64,000 nt of DNA from Felis catus (taxonomy: Eukaryota), in the NCBI RefSeq assembly GCF_018350175.1, contig NC_058368.1, positions 106,456,001-106,520,000 on the forward strand. The letters are read 5' to 3'. Numbering within the stretch: position 1 is the first letter of the stretch; the number at the start of each line of letters is the position of its first letter. Below are positions 49,901 through 62,829 of this stretch, one piece after another. The translations under genes and the position numbers were made by a program. The notes beneath the pieces are model-generated. The model worked only from the letters and a program-made list of their open reading frames with translations, was not told where the DNA came from and did no database searches.

Positions 49901-52526
49901 TCCTTTGTATTAATTACTACTGTCACTCACTTTGCAGAATGCTTTTCACTGGGCTGACTTTAGGGATTTGCACACATCCTATTTTGATTCTCATCTTCAT
50001 GGTTCAGGAGAATTAAATACTCCAATGACAGTTGGAGCAGGAAAGAGAAAAGGGAGAGTTTGAAAAACAAGGCCTATTTATGAGTTGTGTAAATATAATT
50101 GTGTCTTGGGATCCCTGCCAAATGACAGTACAGATCTTTGCATCCAAAGGAAAATGAGCTCCAGTCATCTATTTCTCCATGTTGTCCTCAGACTCCCCCT
50201 TCCTAATTCTAAAAGAAGTCATAGATGTAAGGCCAACCAGCTCTACAGTAGCACCAGTCTCTGATCAGGGCTTAGACTTCACAAAGTGCTCTCAAACCAA
50301 GTCCTTGTTATCAGACATGCATTGACTTCTTAACTATTGCTTCCCCTTAAACTATTGCATTAGATTTTGGAAGGGGTTCACATTTTATATCTCATTAACG
50401 AATTGCCTCCAAAGACCCAGCTAGTGACATGAATTACTAATTTTCAACTGCTGTTTCTTAATTGGAGAGAAAACATTAATGAATCAGTACATAGTCCTGT
50501 CTGGGTCATGTTGACTGGGAATCACCAGTCAGTCACCAACTAGTGATTAGGCTGAGTGTTCTAGGTCCAGTGTAAAAGTCCATAGAGGCTGCAGTAATCA
50601 CAAGCAGAATCTGTAAGTATTTAAATTTCTCTGGAATGATGGCTGTGGTTCTATATCTGGTACCAAATATCTAATCATCTGAGGCACTAGTTGAAGCCAA
50701 AGATGATACAAAGAGTGATAGAGGAGGGGAATAATAAGTACTTAAAAAATTCTTCATACCTCTTGAAGATACTTTTATTTTCTTCCATGCTAAATTTAGA
50801 TATATTTCTTCTTAAAGAGTATGGTGGTGGTGATGTTGAAATTTCTCACTGTCTCAATATGTGAAAGGATACTCCTATGGAATGGTGGAACCACAGGAGG
50901 AATGCCTGTCTCCCAGAGACCCTGGACTTGGATCTGGATGTGGTAACTGATAATATCTTGAATGTACGCTTTTTAAGGGAGTCGTTCCATGTATGTTTTG
51001 TTGCTGGTGGTGTCCTATGAGGGCTACTTGAATTAAACAGGATTGAGTTTGTTTTGCTTGGAAGCACAAATAAACATACTAACTTTGGATGGCCAGAGGT
51101 GAGACCCTGTAGTAAAACATTTATCTTTTTACAAGGTGCCGGTTATAGAAATTCCTATCTTACGTTTGGGGAGTCACTTACCTTATGTGTCAGAAATGAC
51201 TGTACTCTATAAAAGCTGAAATGCCAAATATTCTCATTGGCAGGTGCCTTCGCATGGAAAGCCCATGACTCAATCCCTACCAGTCAATTTCCAAAAAAGA
51301 GACTTTCAGTCAGTAGCTTATGTCATAAAGAGTCATATCAACCTTGAGATAGGTTTTCATTACGACCAACTACATAGTAGTGGTTGTTGTAGTAATTTGC
51401 ATGCTTGACAGCAGCAATGGCACAGCAGTTGTAGTGGTGATATCCAGTGGCCAGAGTTGAGCAGTACTTGCTGTGGAGGCTGGGCTTAGTGGAGGCAGCT
51501 GTCATGTTTATAGCGGTCTCTTACAATGGCCGGAGTCTACTCATTGTTGGCTTCGTATTCTAGGTACTCCAGTTCTAATGGAGATTGAAGAACGGAGATC
51601 TAATTACTTTCTGGCTTAATGTGGCTAGAGTTCATTTCTAGTGTTTCTAGTTCACTTCTATGTACCAAGCTAAATATTCAGTTCTCTATTTTTTTTTTCT
51701 ACTTGTATTTCTTACTTTCCTCTTGTCCCATTTACTTACTCGGCCTTCTTGCCTCATTGCCTAAGGAAAGGGATATAGCTAGATTAAGGAGAAATTCTGG
51801 CTTTGTTTTCGAAACACTTGAGCTTTGGTATGGGATTGATAAAATGTCTGGAGCAGAATCAAGGTTTAGCATAGGTCATCTCATATTAGAAACTTTTAAG
51901 GCCTCAGAGAGGGAGAGTTAAGGAAAAAGAGGCACGGGAGGCATGTCTGTGTAGGCTTTGCTAGCAAGCCGTTAGCAAAGAAGCAAGACCCCAGGGAGGA
52001 AACGGCTAGGGAGTGCATCTAGGTAGACGATGTCATGGGTGGTTTTAAAACAAAAGATTGCTGTGCTCTAAGCAGGGCATTTTTTTTTTTTTTAAAGCTG
52101 TGAGTTCTGAAGTGCTGTGTTGATGGGAGGTGACCGCATTTGGACAAAGGAATCAATTATGAGGGCTGTTTCCCCCGGATTTGGCTTTATGAGAGTCTGT
52201 AGAACTTGTTAGAACTTTAGGGAGGCTAAAAGGAAACATGAAGACTGAAGTTAGGTTCCCTACCAACGAAGCAGGATAAGAATTCAAATAAATGAGTCAA
52301 GAAAAAGTAAAATCATAATTTCTACATTCCTGAGTTTATGAATTGAAAATTACATCCACTAGGAAACTTGTAAAAAGAAACAAGAGTATGAAAGTTGGAG
52401 AATAACATGAAGGAATTTTATAAGACAATCTTGGATTAAGGAAGCTATTATGAAAATGACATTAAACCTCGGAACTTAGCAATTAAAAGATGGCTGCGTT
52501 TGAAGATTTAAAATATTTAAGTTTCA

Positions 52527-52723
52527 GGACACCTGGGTGGCTCAGTGGGTTAAGCAACTGACTTCAGCTCAGGTCATGATCTCATGGTTCATGAGTTCGA
52601 GCCCCACATCAGACTCTGTGCTGACAGCCTGGAGCCTGTTTGAGATCTTGTGTCCCTCTCTCTCTGCCCCTCCCTTGCTCGTGCTCTGTCTCTCTTTCTC
52701 AAAAATAAGTAAACATTAAAAAT
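52527..52723 (+). mobile_element. CAN-SINE
   Basis: TSD aaaat(at/cc)ttaagtttc. Confidence 0.94.
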
Positions 52724-53009
52724 CCTTAAGTTTCTGCATGGTAAGTCACATGTCCCATAAAAGATAATTTATTAGATGTTGAGAGTGCTTTTACACGGTA
52801 TTCAGAGAAGAGAGCGCTAAGCAATAAAAGGTGAACTGAAATATAAAGCAGCAACTTGTAGCAAAAGAAATTCAGATGTTTTATTTTAACCTGTGAAGAT
52901 ACGCTCAGTATTGGTGAAATTATTAAAGAAGAACTTAAAACATCGACAAATTATTTTTTCCCTTTTGAAGTAATATTGACAGCAATAAGGCGGTAGTGAT
53001 AACAACAAC

Positions 53010-53375
53010 AGTAATAATACAGGTTTGCTGAACATTTACCGTGTGCCAGATGTTGTCAGAAGTGCTTTACAGGAATCGGTTTATTTAATTTTCACAAAAT
53101 CCTGACAGGTAGCTTGTTATTATTTTCCTCTAGAATTTAACATTCATGGATGTGGGTAAATTTGTCGGCTTTGTTTACTGTTGGACTGTTATTACTTAGA
53201 AAAGTGCCTAGCTCACAATATGTACTGGATAAATGTCTGTTGTTCGAACAAATTTTTGTTTTGCAAATGACAAAACTGGGGCACAGAGAGGTTAAGTATG
53301 TTGCCCAAAGGAACAAAGCTATAAAGTAGCTGAATTAATTTTTGCTGCCAAACAGTCATTCACCGGAGCCTGAAC
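53010..53375 (-). mobile_element. MIR interrupted by an L2 3' end (~53128-53250, + strand)
   Basis: MIR halves tgaacatttaccgtgtgccag...ttattatt and ttgcaaatgacaaaactggggcacagagaggttaag flank L2-terminal sequence. Confidence 0.65.
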
Positions 53376-56300
53376 TCTACATCGCTGTAGTGCTTCATAC
53401 GGAAAAACATTAATACACAGTGTCTGGAAGATACCAGTGGAAAGACATTATCTTTACAGGGCGATTGGCAACAAAGATCAGAGTGAAAAATACACCCTTT
53501 AACTCAACAGTTTTACTACGGATGTACTCACGTACGCGAAGATTTACTTAGAACTGTGTTTCTTGGTGCATTCTGTTAACAGAGGGCTTTACAGAAGCTA
53601 AGTGTTCATAAATAGGGTTGGATAAAATGGGATGCCGCTTTACAACATGGTGGTTAAAAACGGGTCATTCTGTGTGTGCTGATTTGGAAAGATTATCATA
53701 AGGGGAAAAAGCAAGGACCCAAACAATTAATACATTCTGCTCTCTGCCAAAATGAATCCAATATGTTCTGTTTCTATAACTCTATGTCTATACCTCCACA
53801 TATCTCTCAGACACACATCACACATATACTCAGATGTAAGCTTGCAGTTTTTCTTGGAGAGGGATTTGGTGTCTGTTTATGGAAAGAGGCTTTTGTTGCA
53901 TTGTATTTGACCATGGACAAGCATTACTTTTTTTTAATAAAAAGCTAAAGCATAAACTAAATATTTGCATATACCCAAATACATTAATGTCAACCTATAA
54001 ACATTTTCTCTGTGGAAAAAACAAGAACAGTAGGAGGGCAGTAGGATCAGAGGCAGAAATGCAGGGAAGGAAATCTTTGTTCTTTAATGATGTTTAGTTT
54101 TCTATAATGGGAATATGCAATTTAAATTACTCCTTAGAATGAACTTCTGGCTTTTCTTTTTAATCTGGAAGTACACATGTGTAACAAATTGAACTCTAAA
54201 AACAAAATTTTAAAGTGAGTTAAGTCCAGAAAAATTGTTTTGAAGGGTATAAAGTTTTATAAGCTTTGAAGATGTGTTACTCTATAAGTCATTCATGTAA
54301 ACGTGTATTCTACCACACAATTTGTGAGGACTACAACTACTGCAGAGTCAAATTCAAAGTTTTGTTGGTGATACTTAAGACGTTACGTTTTTTTAGTTTG
54401 GGACCTCGTGTTACCATTCTGTGATAAATAACACAAAGTCTAAGACAATTTGGAAAAATTGAAAGTTAAAAAAAATTTGGGAGAACAATGGTTTCCTTCT
54501 GGAATTTTTTAAATTGTGATTTTCTGTAAATTCAAAGAAGAAAAAAAATCAGTGTTTCTACTTTACCTATTCCTGCCACCCCACTAACTTCATTCCTTAG
54601 GCAGTAGCTGAGAATAAAAAAAGACAACATTTTTTCAAATACCCAACTGGCATCATGTCCTTCTGGTACTTCACCTTCAGCAGAAAGGACCCAAGTAAAT
54701 CATTTGAACAGACTGAAAGGTCAAATGCCCATAAGCGGGCAAGAAGCAAAAGCAATTTCAGGTGTTTTGTAAACATGCCAAACATGACTCTAGTTAATAT
54801 TGGCCAGTTACGTAAGCCTGCTTTCATCTCTGCATACGTTCATCCATCAGGGCACTAGTACACTTAGTCAGGGTTTTCAGAGGCTCAATACCTGAAACAA
54901 CCCATGTAAGCAGGAGTAAAGGGCACATAGAGCATGTACTCTCTCCTAACCAGTTGTAATAGCAGAGTAAAAATAGAACAACAAGATAGCCTAAAACTGT
55001 TAATCAACTCTTGAAGAGAAAATAGGTAATAAAGGCTGATGATCATGATGAGAATTGTCAAGGCAGACTCACCTGTGTGTGGATGATTTAGGTAGAGATG
55101 GAAATTATAATGTAACTCCACATACAGAGAAGGAACTTGATCGGGGCGGGTAGGGGGGTGGAAATCTATTCTCATGCACTAGAGAGAAAAATGTGAAAAA
55201 GACTATCACGTATTTCTCAAAATAATTGGAATCTTAGGAAAAAGAAGGCTATCATTAGAAGGTTCTTCAGAGGTTGAAAGAGTTGATGTTAGAGATAAAG
55301 TGAATGAGTGTGGCCATTCAAGGGGATGAAGATACTCTGAGCAAACAGAAAGAAGCTGGAGAAAGCTAGTGGTGAGTATCATGAGGAGGTTGCCTGAAGA
55401 GCTGGTGAGCTGTTCTGAGTCAGTTTAGAATAGGGTTGGGTACTCATAGGAGATCTTGGAATGTAAGATTCATTCTTTGAAATTTGATCCAAAAGACAAT
55501 GATGGTTCAGTATGGTTCTTGAGCAAAATAGAATGATAACATGGGTATTTTGAGGGGGATAATTTATTGGGGCTAGAAAGACTAAGTGAAACAAGTTAAC
55601 CAAGATTGTTTGACAATATACAAAAGAGAATGATAAAAGGCTAGAGCAATAGGGTGGTTATAAATTTGGATGTAAAAGTCAAAGCTGAGGTATAATATAG
55701 TGAAGGAACTGTGATACTCTCCAGTCACAGATGTGCTGGCTCTGATATTAAGTGCTTGTAAGTGTTTAGTTTTATGTAAAATGTCTACATACTGCTTGTC
55801 TTCTCTGGAGGTCCCACGAAATGGATGAGGGAAGGGGAGCTATCCCAAGGGATGTGAGGGAAAAGTATGAGAAACTGAGAGACAAAGAGAGGCAGAGATG
55901 CACCAAGAGAGAAGGAGAAAGAGACAAAGGTAGAGAAAAAGACGAAGAAATGCAGAGAGGGGCAGAGGGACAATGCCTGGGTGGAAAGGAGAAGAGAATA
56001 GACTTTTCTTACCCTTCATTTCCCCCCTTTTTTCAAATTATACGACCTCTATATAGCTGCCGTTTCCTTCTGGAAGCCCATTTGTGTTTTTGCATAAAGA
56101 TCATATATGCCAGCCTAGCAAATGCTGGAGCACTGTGGGATGCAAGGAAAGTTTCTGAAATGACCATCATACTAGGGATCTTCTTTGTTTCCAGACAGGA
56201 TTTTTCAGATATCATTTACTCTTGGTGGATGCTCTTGTTTTGCTAACATCTGTGGCTAGGGGACGAAACTCCAGTTTTTCCCTTTGAGCTCAGTAAATTG

Positions 56301-56384
56301 TGTCTCCTGATGGTAGATGTAGGAATTGGAGCTCCACACTGCTCCTGTATCTGTCAAGGGCAGCAGCAGGGATGAGACTAGTTT

Positions 56385-56575
56385 CACCTGGCTATGTATC
56401 TGGGGGGCTCAGTGGACTGAGCATCTGACTGTTGATTTTGGCTCAGCTCATGATTCCAGGGTGATGGGATAGATACCCACCTTGGGTCAAATGTGGAGCC
56501 TGCTTAAGATTCTCTTTCTCCCTCTGCCCTTCTCCCCCCACTTGCGTGCTATTTAAAAATTTAAAAAATAAATAA
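56385..56575 (+). mobile_element. CAN-SINE (older subtype)
   Basis: ctggggggctcagtggactgagcatctgac...ggagcctgcttaagattctc. Confidence 0.85.
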
Positions 56576-56848
56576 ATGAAAGGATTTGTTTTCATATTAG
56601 AAATGGAAAAAAATGGCCTATGTATGAAGGTAACATTTTCCTTGTCATATCTTCATGTTATATCTTCATCTTTTTTATTGGGAGTCGGTATAAATCACTT
56701 AGAAATACTTTTGTTTACATTGTTAGGGTTCATGATGAATGTCTATAAAGTAAATATGCCTCAATTTTATTCCCTTTTGAGAAATAGTCTCTTGATTGGG
56801 ATTTGCTTTTTTTTTTTAATCACATGAAGGTATCATGAGATTAAAAGC

Positions 56849-56894
56849 TAAATACCGTATTCTTTTTGGTAAATACCGTATTCTCTTTGGTAAA
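56849..56894. repeat. 21-bp tandem duplication
   Basis: taaataccgtattctttttgg followed by taaataccgtattctctttgg. Confidence 0.9.
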
Positions 56895-57150
56895 AATAAC
56901 TAATATTTGTTAAGCATTTATGATATGTCATGAAGGCACTGTGCTAAATGCTAACCATATGTATGTGTGGTGTATGTGTAAATATACGGCCTCACTTAAT
57001 TATTATAATTTACCAAAATAAGTGCTGTGTGCTATTATTTATTTTGCAGATGAGAAAATGAAGCATGGAGGTGCCTGAGCCCAAGTCACAGGGTGTTAAG
57101 TCAGAGAGCTAGGGGTAAGGCCAGTTGGATTGCAGAGGCAATGATCTTTA
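56895..57150 (-). mobile_element. MIR relic
   Basis: ggcactgtgctaaatgct...attttgcagatgagaaaatgaagc...cccaagtcacag. Confidence 0.65.
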
Positions 57151-57954
57151 GTTAATACCTTTATCAAAAATGTAGCATTTTCTTCACATTTTGTATTGTC
57201 ATACTGATTTTCCAGATAAAATATTCTCTTCTTGGTTTTTTGTGTTTTTGCTTTTGTTTTACTTTTCTAACATCAGTTGAATAGTTAGTTGGCTTTGTGA
57301 TTCCTAGGTGAAAAGTCTGTCCTGCTAAAAAAAATTTTATTTCTACCAACTGCATAATATTTGAAATTCCAGATAGGAGAGCTTGATTTCTTTTATCTAG
57401 GGTTCCTTTAAAATACCAGTAATATGGTAGAACACTTTAAATTGTTTTCTCTCATTTCTTAATAGAATTAAATTTTCGGAAACTTTATGACCATTCATTT
57501 TTATGGAAAAGAAGGAAGAAAGCATGTGTGAACACTGGCTGCTTGCAGTATCTCACTGAGCAGGAGAAAAGGGAAAATGGGAGCGGTTTTGCGTATATTT
57601 GACCCAAACTTTGTGTCTCTGGCTCTCTTACAAATTCATTCTAAAATATTATGATTATGCCTCCAATATACTAAGGTTGGCTCATTGATTTGGCTTCTCC
57701 AAAGCCTTCCAAATGTGCTATAAGACCATAATAATCAGGAATGCTACAATTCACCACAAAATATTTTTAGATTACTATATGTTAAGCATAAGTTTCCTTT
57801 AAATTGGGTTTTAGTGGTTGATTTAAAAAATTAAAAAATGATGGGCTAAAATAAAACATCTATAGCAACCTGAGCTCAAATAACTTCAAATACCAGAAAA
57901 TAAGAAACACAGGAAGAAAAATAAAAACTGTCTTGGGGTGACATGTAACTGGCT

Positions 57955-58050
57955 GTTACATGTAAGTGATGAATCACTGAATTCTATGCCTGAAATCATT
58001 ATTACACTATATGTTAGCTAACTTGGATTTAAATTCTTAAAAAATGAGGA
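57955..58050 (+). mobile_element. 5'-truncated carnivore L1 3' end
   Basis: atgtaagtgatgaatcactgaattctatgcctgaaatcattattacactatatgttagc. Confidence 0.8.
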
Positions 58051-58622
58051 AAAAAATGTCAGAGAAGAAAGGAAAAAAAATCAAACTGTTCATCAGAAAA
58101 AATTTTAATGGATGAAGTAAGTTTCTTTAAAGACGAAGAACTTATGTGTGGTTTTAAAAAGACCATCATCTAGCTGCATCTAAGGGAACCACCTAAAACA
58201 AAAATGAATATAAGGACTTGGACCCATATGAACCAAGAAATGACAAACAGAAAAGAGGAAATGGGAAAATTTTCATTAAGAAAAGCTTTTGTTGGTACAA
58301 AAAGGCAAAACTACCAAAAAGATAGACCATGAATAATTGCGCATCTAAAATAGCTTTGAAATTGGTAAAACAGCTAGAATGAGAAAAAAAAAAAAAAGAA
58401 TCATTGTAGGAAGCAGTAAGACTTTTTTTTTTAAGAAAAGACTAAATAATAAAATACTTGAGGTTCCATAGGTTTTGAAAAATATAGTTACGTTTAATAC
58501 AGATACCTAATATTGAAGAAGGTACTCCTCAGCAAAAGATAACATCTACCAAATTTAGAAAATAGGCTTGAGGGAAATATTCACAACATGAATAATAATG
58601 GGTTAATAGGCAGCTATTTAAT

Positions 58623-59025
58623 TTTTTTAACATTTATTTATTTTTGAGAGACAGAGACAGAGCATGAGTGGAGGAGGGGCAGAGAGAGAGGGAGATCCAG
58701 AACCCGAAGCAGGCTCCAGGCTCTGAGCTGTCAGCACAGAGCCTGATGTGGGGCTCAAATCCATGAACCATGAGATCATGACTTGAGCCCACGTTGGAAA
58801 CTTAACTGATTGAGCCACCCAGATGCCCCGTAAATTTTTTTTTTTTGATGTTTATTTATTTTGAAAAAGAGAGCTTGGAGGAGGGGCAGATAGAGGAAGA
58901 CAGCACTTCCAAAGCAAGCTCCACACTGACAGCAGAGAGCCCCATGTGGGGCTTGAGGTCACAAAAGTGAGGTCATCACCTGAGCCAAAGTCAGATGCTT
59001 AACCAAGTGAGCCACCCAGGCTCCT
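58623..59025 (-). mobile_element. Two tandem CAN-SINEs (58623-58829, 58835-59025)
   Basis: Two bodies; outer TSD-like agctatttaat on both sides. Confidence 0.93.
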
Positions 59026-59355
59026 CTAGCCAAGCTATTTAATATTCTCCTAGAAATCAACAACAAATCAGGAAAATACATGACAAAATTAAACAGTACT
59101 GGGATAAAACTATTATTATCTGATTAAAGTGATTAGAAATATTGGAAATACCTAGTCTTAGTAAAAGCATGGAGAACCAGGCAGTTTGTAGACACTGTAG
59201 TGGGAACGTAAATTTCTAGAGTATCTTGGCAAACATTTGGCCAAGATTAATTTTTTTAAAAATCTGTCCCATAGGTAAGGTCTAACACATGTCAAAAGGT
59301 TAATATCCAAAGGTATTTATTACAACTTTATTTAAAAATGCAAAAGAAAAAGAAG

Positions 59356-59680
59356 GGGCTTACCTGAGGAGCTCAGTCAGTTGAGCATCCAACTCAGTTT
59401 CAGCTCTGGTCTCAGGGTTGTAATCAAGCCCCATGTCGGGCTCCACACTGAATGTGGAGCCTCCTTAAGATTCTTTCTCTCTCCCTCTGCCCCTCCCCAC
59501 CCTCTGTCTCTCCAAAATAAAAATTAAACAAGAAATGCAAAAAATATGGGGCGCCTGGGTGGCTCAGTCAGGTAAACATCAGACTCTTGATCTCAGCTCA
59601 GTTCTTGATGTTAGCATCGTGAGTTCAAGCCCTGTGTTGGGCTCTGTGCTGGGCATGAAGCCTACTTTAAAAAAAAAAAA
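59356..59680 (+). mobile_element. CAN-SINE (59356-59530) followed by a short CAN-SINE variant (59548-59680)
   Basis: Two tRNA-derived heads, each followed by an A tail. Confidence 0.9.
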
Positions 59681-61107
59681 TGTGGTACCATTGTACTAAA
59701 TGTAAAGGGTGAGCTAGATCTTTATGAACTGATACGAAAAGTGTTCAATATAAATTAAGTGAAAAGTGCAAGACTGCAAAATAATTAGTACTTACAAATG
59801 TATGTATGTATGTAAATGTGCACACATACATGCAAAGATCTAAGCATATAGATGTACACAGGGAAACAATGTCCCCAGGGATATATATTCACATTTAACA
59901 TTGTTTTGATGCTGACAGGGACGTGGGTAAGTGGAGGGAAAGGGGAAGGACTTTGGTACTTACTTTAAAAGCTTTTTATTATATTAATTTTACAAGCATA
60001 TATGAATTCTGTAAAAGTAATCAGAAAGAAAGCTAAACTGCATGTTGTGAAAACTGAACATTCAAAAAAGCCACCCATAAATCCCCTTCTTTTTTTATTT
60101 TGGGCTTTTAAACTTTTTTCTCATATTAAAAGGAGTCGTATTTATAAGACATTGTGTATGTATAGAAAAAGAACACCGTGATTTGTTGTCTCTTTGAACT
60201 AACAGTAACATCGTGAAATCTACTTGCCACAAGACGGGAGTTGTTCTTACCCCAGTGCATGAATAAGAGCCATAAATTCTCCAGTATCCTCCTTGGACTT
60301 TCCATATACTTACACCAAGTAGTTCCTTAAAATTAAATAACAGATAGTAACAAAAACTGCTGAGTGCCTTGTCACAGCAAGTGTCTCCTAAGCTGTGCCT
60401 CTCCATACTTCCCTAAATCCATGTTTTAAGTTTGCCCTTAAATTTACCTCTATCAGACATGATTTCAGGATTCATTTGTAATCTAGAAGTGCAACTTACA
60501 TGATTTAACACACAATTTTTAGGTATACTTAACGAACATTTCTCCTGTTCATTTGGAAAATGTATTTGCTATATATACGCATATGTAAAATATTTATATT
60601 TTGCTTTGAATAGTGAACAGCATGGCACCGTATATAGGGCAACATAAAATTACAGGGTTCTTTAAAGGGTTTTTATCCATCCATTTTTTCAAAATAATGT
60701 ATGGAAGGCTTCCATTTCTCAATAGGAAGTAGTTTGCAGCAGACCAACACCCTGAGCATTGACTCTTCCCTTATAGAAGTGGGCAAATTCTTAAAATACA
60801 AACGATAAGAGACTAAGATATTGAGCGGAAAGCCTCTGGGAAGTAGAGTGAGGATGTTCAGCATTTTCACCTGGTGATGAAGAAGGAGAAATTGGAATGT
60901 AGGATCAGAGAAGTCCTGTTAAATAACCTGTGCTCTTCAGCAGGAGCCCTGAAGCGCCACACTCCTAAAAGGAAGTAAACAAATTTACATATAGCACCAT
61001 AAACCAGCCCAGGTCAGCCCAACCCTTGATTGGATTAAGATGATCTGCCCTCCTAGATATGGGTATCCCTCCCTGAAGGAAGTAAGCTTATTCAGAGCTT
61101 CGAAATT

Positions 61108-61128
61108 TACATACATATATAAATATAA

Positions 61129-61171
<43 letters not shown>

Positions 61172-61175
61172 TATA
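61108..61175. repeat. (TA)n/(CA)n microsatellite
   Basis: Direct reading. Confidence 0.95.
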
Positions 61176-61984
61176 GTCTGTTGATTAATAAACAGTTGCC
61201 TGCAGTAGTCCTTTGCAAAAGAAGGCCAAAAGAGAGAAAAAGGAAAAAACAATCAGATGAGTCAATTTGATATTATAACAACTACGATGTCATGAGGAGG
61301 CTCCTTTAAGACCAATTGCTCACCCATTCTTTGGATAACCACCATTAACTGTGGACAAGTACTCCACACAACCCAAACAAAATCAGGAAGGACTGTGAAT
61401 TGTGGAAAAAATAAAAGAGCAGTGAGTAAGGTTCCCCTTTTCACAGCTTCTAGCCTGCAAGCAGACCCTAGTGTGTACTATGGGGCATGACTAAAAACCT
61501 CGGAAAGGAAATCCACAGTGTTTCTGGCCAGAAGAACCAGAGAGCAAACTTGAGGGCTACCAAAAACAATGGAAAGAAGTAAGGAGCAAAAGCTAAAGAA
61601 GGGAAAACCAAAATTCTGCATGTAAATTTTGCAAAATCTCTGACTGATCCCTAAAACAAAGGTGCCCAGGATAGACTAATAAGGGCCTAGCTTAGCATGG
61701 AAGAACTGAACCTGAGTTTGAGTCATTAAGAGACAGAGTTGCCGACGATATCCAAATACACTAATTGCCTGCTGAAACAAAAACAGCATCCTTGGGAGGA
61801 ATGTAACAGCACCAGGAATACTAAAAAACATAATATCCAGGATAAGCTACTCAATGAGCCCAAACTGCATGAAACAGAATATTATCACACATTCTCAAGA
61901 GAAAACAAAATCCATGGAGAAAGACCTTGGCATGATTCAGATTCATGGTCTCTCTCTACTAAAACCCTCAAAACATTAATAGAA

Positions 61985-62825
61985 GTTAAAAAGACTTAAA
62001 TATAAAGAGACATTTCCTGTTCATGTATTAGAAGACTTGCTTTTGTAAAGATGTCCATTTTCTTTTAGCTTAGGTATAGATTCAGTGATGCTCAACCAAG
62101 ATAGCAGTTGCCCTTTGTTATAGTTCAAAGCTGATTCTAGAATTGATATCAAATGTGAATAATAAAAAGATTTGGCAGTTGGGGAAGGAGTAAAAAAGAA
62201 GAAATAACTGCATTGAAGCTGGAGGCCTTTAAGTCAAGAATTATTACATGGATGTAATAGTTAAACCAGCTAACTGTTCTCAGAAGAGAAAACAGACAAA
62301 TGGAATCAGTTGGAGAGTCCATAAACAAACCCAATATTTGCAGTTACTTAACTTGTGACAAAATTTACACTATCGCCCATTGGAGACAGGGTGGTGTTTC
62401 AATAAACAGTCGTGAATCAATTGGATATCTGTATTTAAAAAAATGGGAAAAACCCTTATTTCATTTCACCCACCTCCTGTTTATCAGTTTACCTGAAAAT
62501 TAACTCCAGATATGTAGATTGAAATGGGAAAGATACAATCCAAAGCAGTCTGGACGAAAACAAAGGTTTTCTTTGACATTGAGAGTAAGGAGATATTTTT
62601 GAAACATATGGAAAAGAATGAACTCTAAAGGAAAAGAGAAACTTACTATATTGTGCTACATTAAAATGAATACTGTTCACTAAGTTACACAATTAGGGTG
62701 AAATGGCAGACTAGTCAGTAGGAAAATTTATCTGCATTACATGTGACAACAGAGTATTTTTGTGTAAAAGAAACAAGGAGCTTTTCTAAATCAGTAAGAA
62801 AATGAAGTTACTAGAAAACTGGGCA
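61985..62825 (+). mobile_element. Ancient L1 ORF2 fragment
   Basis: agagacatttcctgttcatgtattagaagac...aagatgtccatt, cagacaaatggaatcag and aattaactccagatatg resemble L1 ORF2 sense. Confidence 0.7.
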
Positions 62826-62829
62826 GGTC

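Noticed and set aside
54580..54860. Branch point + acceptor (ctaac...ccttAG at 54600) followed by an open frame
   Set aside because: No recognisable protein and an uncertain donor; cannot be supported without expression data
55821..56246. 141-aa ORF
   Set aside because: Driven by GA-rich low-complexity sequence lacking stops
24354..58818. Recurrent 60-100 aa ORFs such as MAQ.VK..TSAQVMIS..LTAQSLEP
   Set aside because: Translations of CAN-SINE bodies, not a gene family
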